This document shows, piece after piece, positions 54,963 to 64,000 of a DNA stretch of 64,000 nucleotides. Source of the stretch: Vitrella brassicaformis CCMP3155. Taxonomy: Eukaryota > Protista > Chromerida. Both the position numbers and the translations under genes were made by a program. The DNA lies in contig CDMY01000279.1 in NCBI GenBank assembly GCA_001179505.1, forward strand, positions 1 through 64,000. The letters run 5' to 3'. Under the pieces are notes generated by a model. The model saw nothing but the letters and a program-made list of their open reading frames with translations. It did no database searches and had not been told where the DNA came from. How positions within the stretch are numbered: position 1 is the first letter of the stretch; the number at the start of each line of letters is the position of its first letter.

Positions 54963-57936
54963 CTATCTGTCAGTGCTCGTGAAGTCCTCATTCACGAGCA
55001 GCGACGGAGGTGCCTTGGTGTCTCCTTTGTCTCTCTGCTGGCCACTCGTCGCCTCAGCCAGCCGCCGCACCGCGCGCACCGAGGCCTCCCTGAACAGACA
55101 GACCAAGGAAGGAAGGCACACACGCATACAATACACACGCGCCTCTGGGTGTCTGTCTATGTGTGTGTGAGGCGCGTTGCCGCTAGTCAGCTCAGCTGAC
55201 TGACCTGCAGGCTGTAGCGATGAGGGATGGCGAGAAGCAAGCTGAGGGCCCGATTGCAGCCAGCACCGACGTCAGCACAGCGGGAGAGCACACCTGCGAT
55301 GAGTCGAGGAGACACTGACCTGCAAGGCGGCTTGTGGTGTCCGCGGTGTGGTGACCTCCATTCTGTGTTGCAGGTAGAGAGAGAGCAGCGCCTTCTGGTC
55401 GTCGGCCGTCCATTCCCACGGCGCCTTGGTGCTGTAGGCGCAGCCGAGCCGCCACGGCTGCAGGCACCAAACCAGACAGATACCAACACAGAAAGAGGTA
55501 TCTGTGGGATGTGTTGGTGGGAGGTGGCCGGTCACCCTCATGAGCCTCTGGTCGGTCTCTGACGCGCATCGCACGATAGCCACCACCATGACGGCGCCCT
55601 CAGTGCGTCGCAACGGCGGACCGCCAAACCGCCGGATCCTGCACACACGCACATTCCCGCGCATTCACACATGTGTATCTCACTACTCAAACCGGTCGAT
55701 TTCGTCCAGTTGGTCGATGAGCACGGCCTTCATCCTGCCCATGGTGTCCTGGCTGGACGTGCCGTCGACATGGCCGTCACAGGCGTCGGCAGCTGGAGGT
55801 TGCGCGGCCCATGAGTCCAGCCCCTCGAGCAGCAGGATGCAGGGGGCCGACTGGCGCAGCGAGCGGAACACACTGGTGAGGACCTTCTCGGAGTGGCCGA
55901 CGGTGGGGCGGATGAGGTCGGCACACACCGTCACGATGACAGACGCCCGGCACTCGTGCGCCAGACACTCGGCGAGGTAGCTCTTCCCTTACACACACAG
56001 ACACAGATACAGATGACGGCGGCCGCATGAATGACGAGCGCCCTCACTCACTCAGCACCTGATCCAGCGGTGCCCTCGAGGATGATGCCCACCGGCGGAC
56101 AGTCCCCCTCTCCGCCATCGCCCTCCCCCGATGTCAAGCGACAGAATGGACCCACTACATTCTCACGCAGCCGAGCGATGAGCTCATCCTCCCCGCCCAC
56201 GGCAGGAAAGCCCCGCAGCGGCAGGCCCGTAGCTGTCCACAGACACACACAGACACACAGACATAGAGGGAGAGAGCAGAGGCCGGCGTGTGTGTTTGTG
56301 TGGGGGTGGGTGAATGGCTGCCTGCCTGCCTGGGTCAAGTGGGTAGATGCGTGAAGGTGACACAGAGGGCATCGAGGGGCGGAAGGGCAGGTAGGTGAAC
56401 AGAGAGCCTCTGACCCGACAGACAGAAACGGCAATGAACGCCCACACAGTTCCGGCCGGGCATGTGCCCATTTACACGACAAACATCCCTACTTCATCGC
56501 TGCCGGCGTGACGTGCTCCAGCGCCTTTTCGAAATCCGGCCGCTGCACGTCCATGGGACTCTTGTCGGACTGGTTTCGGTGGATGGCCCCTAACGCCGCC
56601 TGGCCGACCAGACCACATCACACACAGACACATCACATGCATGGCATGATGGCTGCCCTGCTGGGCACATGGTCTACCTGTCTAGTGAGCGTGGCGATGT
56701 CAGATGGGAGCAGGCCTGCCGTCCAGCTGGCGACTTCGCTGCACAAAAAGGGAGATCTACCTCTCTCTCTCTCCCTCTGTGTGTGTGTGTGTGTGTTTGG
56801 GGCTGACGACTGACTTGAGCACCGCCGACTTGTCATCGACAGGGAGAGCCCGGCAGCACACTTCAAGCACCTGCAGACAAAGAAGCATGGCATGGTAGGT
56901 ACACCTCTTTCTTGTCTCTATCCATCCCCCCTCCCTCCCTGTGCGTATCTGACCGACCTCCCGTCTGGCCTGCTGGTCCATCGGCACACGCAGCCGCACA
57001 CAGCGGTCCACCATCCCAACGCCCATGAGCTCACGAACCAGCGGCCCTTCACTCTCCTCTCCCACCACCCACTCGCCAGTCTCATCCCTCGACGTCGGCA
57101 CAGCGGAGCAGACGGGCACCAATGCCACCACAGACAGACGCTCGAGTGACCATGTGCGCATGAAGTGGCACAGCAGCTCGATCAGGCACTTCCTCCTCCT
57201 CTCTGTGGCCAGCTGCTGCCGCCGTCTGAGTGTGTGTGTTGGGGGCCTGAGGACGTCCGCCGACTCTATGAGCAGGAAAATTGGCTGCTGCTGGTGCTGC
57301 TGCTGCTGCTGCTGCTGCCGAGCCAGAGAGGTGACCGCCATCAGAGTGCCTTCGAGAGAGAGCTGGGGCAGCCTCGGCCCTTCCAACACCAACACGCCCG
57401 CCCTATCAACACACACACACCCTATCACTGCGCCGCATTCACGGACCCTTTCTACCAGCCAACCTGTTCGCTCCCTTGCTTTCGACAGGCGTGTTCTCGG
57501 CGATGAGCCGCTCAATTGTGAGTGAGAGGTCTGCCTTCTCGTCAGCCGCCGCCCACGGGTGGGCGGCCGTCATGTAGTCGACCATGTTGACGGTGACGAG
57601 AGGTGGCCGGCCGGCCGGGTGAGAGGGGAATGACAGGGCAAGACGCTCGCAGAAGAAGGACTTGCCCGAGCCTGCACACACACACACGGGCGCAACCACC
57701 ACAGCACGCGAGAGGGATTCCTCACTGAGGGAATGATGAATGAATGAATGAAACGCGCGGATGCTCACCTCACCTGATGGGCCGACTACGGCAATGCCGA
57801 CGCTGTGAGGCGTCAAGGGCAGCCCTTCCTGTGCGGCTGGTGCTGATCTCTCCAGCACCCACTGCATGACCTCCTCTGCCAGATCTCTGCACCCGCCAAC
57901 CACACTCGTGAAGCGCTCCAGCCACGTACCCTCCAT
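54963..57936 (-). CDS. Double-ring AAA+ ATPase-like protein (CDC48/AFG2/PEX-type architecture) with degenerate Walker B motifs
   Basis: Walker A GPSG|SGKS and GTAGS|GKS; D2 context LIRPTVGHSEKVLTSVFRSLRQSAPCILLLEGLD; lid motifs TAGLLPSDIATLTR and CREASVRAVRR. Confidence 0.85.
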
Positions 57937-58089
57937 TCCTTAGGCTCTGCGCCTTTTTTATCAAAGGAGGCGTTTGCGAGCTTGGCTTGCAGATCTCCCT
58001 CCGGGCAGGAACACGACAGAGGGCGGCGCGGATGTGACGGAGCTGCCGCCGCAATTTTCCCCCTCTCTGTCTGTCACTCCACTTTGCTG

Positions 58090-61000
58090 ATGCCCGTGCG
58101 TTACCTGCGGCCCGGCTGTGCAGCCTCTGTTTGGGTGCTCCTGGTGCTGCTGTCGTCCGCCTGTGTGCGCATCTGTGGTCAGTTCACGTCGGCATGCATC
58201 TTCGGCAACGATTTCGAAGACGCGCCGGGTGTGAACAAGGTGGGCCCGCCCCGCCCTGCTCACGCTGATCTGCCTGTACTAACGCTTGTTTGGTGTGTAA
58301 TGCCTGTGTTGGTGCTGCGTCTGTGCGCTCTTGTTGTCAGGACTGCAATCCTCCAGGTCAGTCAGCTTGAGGGTAGAGGCAGCCCAACGGCCGGCCGGGC
58401 GGCCCTGTACCGTCACTCCACTCTTGGCTGCAGGCACCCGCAGGACGGAGGAGGGGGGGCAGCCCGGTAGTGTGCGTGCCGAACATCCTGCTGTTCTTCG
58501 ACGAGGACAGCGATGACGACGACCCGCTGGAGGGCAAGGCATTCGGCAAATGCGTCCCAAGTCAGGCACCCACACCCACACCCACACCCACACACGCATT
58601 CCCTTCTCTCTCGGCTCATTCCCCCAATCGTCCGGTTGCTCAGCTTCTGCGCTCACTGAGGCCTTCAAGAAAGCGCAGACGGCCGGTCTGGCTGCATTTG
58701 CCCCCGACCCCGGCGAGCCGGCGGTGGTGGATGCACAAGGGATCGGCCAGAGCATCCTCTGCGGACAGCTCAATGAGGACGGCACGGGCACCGCGGCGGT
58801 AAGGGAGTGGGCAGAGATGAGGGAGGGCAACAGGCCGGGCCGGCCTATGGATGGATGGATGTACTCTCTCTTGTGGATGGATGTGTGGTCAGCTTGGCGG
58901 CTGTCCTGAGGAGGCGCCAATATGTGCAAAGACGAGCGACCGACGGTTTTGCTACTGCATCACCGCTGACATTGGTGAGAGGAGAGGTGCTTGGGGGTGA
59001 ACAACGAACGTGACGGACCTATTGCACGCGCCCGTGTGTGTGGGTGTGTGTGTGGGTGTGGGTGTCCTGTAGGCCTCTTCGGCCCGCTATCGCCCGAAGG
59101 TCCGCTCACCGCGTAACCACAGACAGCGTTGTATAGCACCTGTTGTGACTGTTGCTGCTGCCTCTGTCAGCTGCGGGCACTGCATCGTTGTCTGTCGGGG
59201 TCAATGAGGGCCAGCCATCATCCCTGTGCACCCAGCAGGACCTCGACGGCTGCAGCAACATCGTCAACGGCCTCGGCGTCAACCTCGACTGCTTCGACGA
59301 CCTTCCCGTCGTCGACCGACGGAATGACAGCGGGCCAAGCGCCGCGGAGTTCGTCATCGGCGACCCGAACGAGGACCCCGAGCCTTTCCAGCAGCTGGTA
59401 GCGGGCACATACTTGCTCGAGGACATCCCGGCGGGGTCTTGGCTGGACACAGTGGAGAATGTCGGCGACTCGGACAGCTGTTTCCGCATCCAGGGCGGCG
59501 ACGAGGAGGACGAGGACTTCTTCTTTTTGGACCTGTCGTGGAACACTACCGAGGGCGTCACTGCGCTGATCGACTTCAACTGCCCACCAGTGGGGCCCTG
59601 CTCCATCAGAATTGGCAGCTTATTCCTGCCTGCACTGGTCGGCCCTCGTCTAATTACAATTGCGTGCAGTCAGTGAATGCATCGACAAATGCGCATGTCT
59701 GTCTGTCTGTCTGCCTTGCCTTCCTCAGTTTTCGATCCAGGGAGTGCTGGAAGTGGTCAACTCCACGTTCCCGGGGTGTGTGGGCATCCCCGTGCAGATC
59801 GAGCTGACGGGTGCTGGGCTGGTCGACGAGGCCGCCTCATTCAGCCTCAACCAAGCAAACTTCAACGAGTCCCAGCGCGTCATCGCCATACAGGAACCGG
59901 GAGGGACCGACGTCATCGTCACGCGCGGCGCGGGCCTCAGCAGCCCCGGGGCTCAGGTCGGGCTGGGGCTGCTGACGTTTCCCGAGGTGGCGCCTGAGGG
60001 CTGCCCGTCGCTGTTCAAGCAGCGGATCTTCACCATCACGACGGGCGAGATCGAGGCCGGGGGGCTGCTGGCCGTCACTGCCAGCGGCACCTCTTCCTTC
60101 GAAGACGAGCTTGGCGAGGTCATGACCGAGGTAGGCATCCAGCTAGGCAAACGGGACACTGCATCCATGTGTGTCATCCGTGTGTGTTGGTCTGGCTCCA
60201 GGCCATTTTCGAGCTCAACGTGACAGGCACATCCAACGCGACTGACCTGAGCGACGTGTGCAACACGGCTCAGCTCGTCCCTGTCGAAGGAGAGAGTGGC
60301 CGACGAAGGCGCGCCGTGGCCATGGCCACGGCCATTCGCGAGCAGAGCATCTTCTCGACCGAGCTTGAAGACCTCGGGGGCATCGTCATCCCTGCTGTGT
60401 TCTTCCCCCTCTTCAAGCCCGGCCAGTCGCCCGACTTTCCCTTCCTCAACGCCGTCTCCATCAACCGCTTCACCACCATCAGGAGATTCAACGCAACAGC
60501 TTTGGCCAACGAGTTCCTCATCGACGACCCAACTGACAGCGTATCCCTGTTCGACACGCTGCCGTCGGCCGACAACGTGTCGGTGCTGTGTGTCGAGGAA
60601 ACTGAGGTGCTGCCTATCACCTTTGGCCTCTTGAACCTGGAGTCAGAGGCGTCGCTGGACCTCATCCTGAAAGGGCAGCTCGGAGACCTCCAGGACACTG
60701 ATGACGACGGCGGTTAGTGAAATAGCCAGCATGAGCATGACAACCAGTGCTTTGGCGCCGAATGTGCGTGTGCATCTCTGCCTGTCTGTCTGTCGGTCCA
60801 TCAGTGGTGATTGAGTGTCGCGGCCCGCTGCTGCAGACCCTCCCCGCAGGATTCAACGAGACCTTCATCATCGAGAACGGCCTCAACATCGGCTCCATCG
60901 CAGCGGTATCGGTCGACCCCAGCCTGGGCACCATCGGCAAAGACATCTTTGTCGACGCGCTTATCGACGAGACCGACGGCTCCGTGACGTCCCTGAGGGA

Positions 61001-63342
61001 GGAGGGGACGGTGTTCAGCCTGTCGCAGCACAACTGTGCCGGGGTCAACATGACGGTTTCCAAGCGGATCGAGGCGCTCATCCAGGTGGTGGACGAGGAG
61101 GGGGAGGAGATCTTCTCGGAAACCACTTGCCAACTGGGCTTCGGTGAGGGACGTTGAACGCGAAGGATGCCAGCAGCTGTGTGTGTCATGCCTGCCTCTG
61201 TTCTGTTTGCCCACGTATGTGCCATTGCTGTCGCCCTCAATCAACAGATTGCTGTAAGCAAGAGAGATCAAGCGTCGTGCAGCCATGACCCCACTCTCCC
61301 TCTATCTCTCTCTCTCTTTCTCTGCGTGTGTCTGCTTACAGTCCAGCCGTGCCGAGAGACCTCCCTGCCGCTCGAGAACCCGGCCAGCGTGCAGCCGGGC
61401 ATCTACCAGCTGGAGCCCGCCCCCTACCTCTTCGCCGAGCAGATCTTCTCTGTCGACCCTTTCAGCGACGACCCGCGCATCGACGGATGTGTGTCCTTCT
61501 ACGACCTCGCAGACTTCGGCAACTGCACGCCGCCGGAGTGCCAGCTGGACAACGAGCGGGTCTTCCAGTGCAGGCCGGATGAGGAGCGCGGGATTGGGCT
61601 GCAGCTGGAGGTCATCCTCGACCTGGAAGAGCTGGATGGCGACACCACACCGGGCCTGCTCTCGCCGCGGGCACTGGCCACCGTGCAGCTGAGGGGGACG
61701 GTGGAACAGGTGTGGCCGCCCGAGTGCGAGGGCACGCTCGTCTTTGTGGAAGGTGCGTGAGCTCCCTGCCCGTCACTCACAAGTAGGAAGGGTCATCTAT
61801 GTTGTTTCCTTGCCGGCAACAGGGTCCCTTCTGGTGGGTGCCGGCCAGACGAGGCAGGACATCACACCGCGGGGGTTGTTCGAGCTGATTCGGCAAGACC
61901 TGCTGGACGCCCTGCCCGACATAGCGGACGCGCCTCTGGCGACCACTCTTCAGGACTTTTTCATCCTCGACGAGTCTTTGGCCTATCCCGAGCTGCTCCT
62001 CACGTCCAGCCTGCAGCTGACCGAGCTTGAGTACACCCTTCGCTCCCTCGCAGAAGGCAGAACGGTCGAGGAGTGCTTCAACGCCGAGGGGCTGACCACG
62101 GTCAGCGCGCAGGACGTCGTGCCTTTCCGTGTGTCTGAGGGGGTGTCTGATGCGGCGCTGTCGCCGCTTCCGGTCAACACGACGAGTGAAGGAGACATCA
62201 TCGGGATCCCGCCCATTGTGGACGTCAGCACGGGCAGCATCAACTTCGCGGTGAGTGACCACAGACAGATTTGGAGACCACAGAGACGGCGCAACTTCTG
62301 CTCCTGCATCTCTTTGGGGGGGGCAGTCCCAGGGGACCTTGCCGCCCAACATTGACGTGGATGACGACGTGCTGACGCTGGGAGTCAGGTGAGGGAGCAA
62401 TGCAATCGCTGCAATGGCTCCGTCCGTCCGTCCATTCGACACTTGCGAAACAAAGTGTGTGTCCATCCATTCTTCAGGGCGCCACTGAGTGCGAGCATCG
62501 AGCCCCCCCAGACGCAGAACCAGTCCACCGTCTTCGGGCGGCTCACCGCCCTCTGCAACCTACCAGAGGAGGGTAGGCCAGGCCACTGCAGTGCACCCTC
62601 TGTGTGTCCCATCCGTCCACTGACTGCACTGACTGCAGTGGCGATTCAGTGCAAGCCCTCGCTACCCATCCCCCTCATCGCCGGTGCGGACGCCATCGTC
62701 CCGAACGGCACCGACTTCGCCACCGTCCTGACGGGCGACACATCGGGCTCGACGGTCGGGCCTCTGAGCGTGGCTGAGAACTTCACCCTCTCGTGCTCTG
62801 TCAGCGAGGCGAGGGCGCTGCTGCTGGTGGACGACGGTCCCGAGCTGGTGCTGATTCGGGTGGTGCCGCTGACAGTGGTGGTTGTCGACGAGGAAGACGG
62901 CACTGTCAGCACCACGAGAACGGATTGTCCCATCACCATCGGTGGGCGAGTGGAGGGATGGATTGGTCTCGACGTCATGTTGGTGTCTGTGTGCCTCTCT
63001 GGGTGTGGTGTGTGTGGTGGCTTGTTGGTGCTGCCATGTGGTGGTTGGATCCTCGTGTCGCCATCCAGACTGCCGTAAGCCACACACACATATAGCAAAG
63101 AATCACCCTCAGTGCAGTGCACCCTTCGAGTATTTCGTGCCTGTCTTTGTGCGTCAGAGCTGCCAACTGCAGCATCGTCGGCCGCACAAGAGCAGACTGG
63201 CGATGGACGTGCTGCCGGCCGGCCTTCGCGGACAGCAGGTGGTCGTGGTGCTGCTGGTGATGCCCATCTGCAGATGGTGACGGACATCCGGCGGCGGCGG
63301 AAGCTGAAGGAGACGAGGGGGCGATTGATGACAGACAGGTGA
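58090..63342 (+). CDS. Large multi-exon secreted/surface acidic Cys-containing protein of unknown function (3' end uncertain)
   Basis: Signal-peptide-like N-terminus (VWVLLVLLSSACVRICGQ); many exons encoding D/E-rich, beta-strand-like sequence with N-glycosylation sequons (NDS, NTT, NST, NES, NVT, NAT, NET, NMT, NCT, NGT, NFT); no K/R-rich cytosolic domain except the tail. Confidence 0.7.
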
Positions 63343-64000
63343 TAGGCCTTGATCGATTTGTGCGGTGTGTGGGCGTGGGTGTGGGTTCGGGCGGCTCTTG
63401 GTGTCTGACTGAGCTTGGTCGCTCTCAGATAGGCTCTCAGCTTTGTGACCTGTCCTCTGTAGCGCATTTATGTAGAGATCTAGGTGTGTAGCAGCGCCAT
63501 GCTTGAGCACTGCCTCTCTAGGGAATAGTCATCTTCGTCTAGGTCTGTCTGTCTGTCCATCTCTGTGGTATATATACTTGAGGGCTTCCAGCTGTGTGAG
63601 TGAGTGCGTGTGTGTGTCTGCAAGTACGGATGACCGAACAGTGAATTGTGTGGCCGGCCGGTGTGTACGCGACGCGACTCTCCTTGTTTGTTGAAAGGAA
63701 AGCATTCAATTCGACTGGAGTAGTGTAGTAGGTGTCTGTCTCTGTGGGTCATCTGGGGTCATCTCTACATCGCACGCACAAGCATTGCAACCATCCCATC
63801 AACACGTCAGTCAACATTTGGTCGACCACTCCACTCACAATGCAGGCAGGCAAGCGATCCAGACAGACAGACAGACAGAAACCCAGGCAGACAGACCGGC
63901 GGGAGGGATCAGCTTAGCTATCGTAGTCAGTCAGTACACACAAACAAACAAAAAGAACGAGACGACAGCCAGGCAGGGAGGCACGGACGGACTGATAATC

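Noticed and set aside
1-64000. Many ORFs with CVCVCV, HTHTHT, MDGWMDG or SLSLSL runs
   Set aside because: Translations of intronic (GT)n, (CA)n, (GGAT)n and (CT)n microsatellites.
1-64000. tRNA, rRNA or spliced-leader RNA genes
   Set aside because: No cloverleaf, rRNA-like or SL-like sequence recognised by eye; a covariance-model scan would be needed to exclude them.

Overview
Intron-rich, GC-rich eukaryotic scaffold with three 300-N gaps. The short GT-AG introns packed with (CA)n/(GT)n/(GGAT)n, the PPM phosphatase type and a lineage-specific F-box-like family point to a chromerid alveolate, most likely Vitrella brassicaformis (inference). Left to right: a 5'-truncated, inactivated CRE-clade non-LTR retrotransposon; three tandem intronless F-box-like genes carrying a variable two-helix membrane insert (a fourth copy lies inverted at 35.8-37.2 kb and an intron-containing, insert-less relative at 46.5-48.4 kb); a MORN-repeat+RING protein; a multi-TM/LRR/EF-hand protein; DPCD; a dually acylated PP2C; a voltage-gated cation channel locus; a small hypothetical gene; BBS1; a BTB protein with an in-frame TGA; the ribonucleotide reductase large subunit; a tandem-domain protein; NUF2; a 121-aa unknown protein; a double-AAA+ protein with degenerate Walker B motifs; and a large secreted acidic protein. 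Top observation: the channel locus can be spliced in phase into ONE two-repeat (6TM-EF-linker-6TM-EF) channel whose two pores have Nav/Cav/CatSper-like filters (TLE-W and TLDEW) and two fully charged S4 segments, unlike canonical TPCs. Exon boundaries were read by hand and are approximate where stated.
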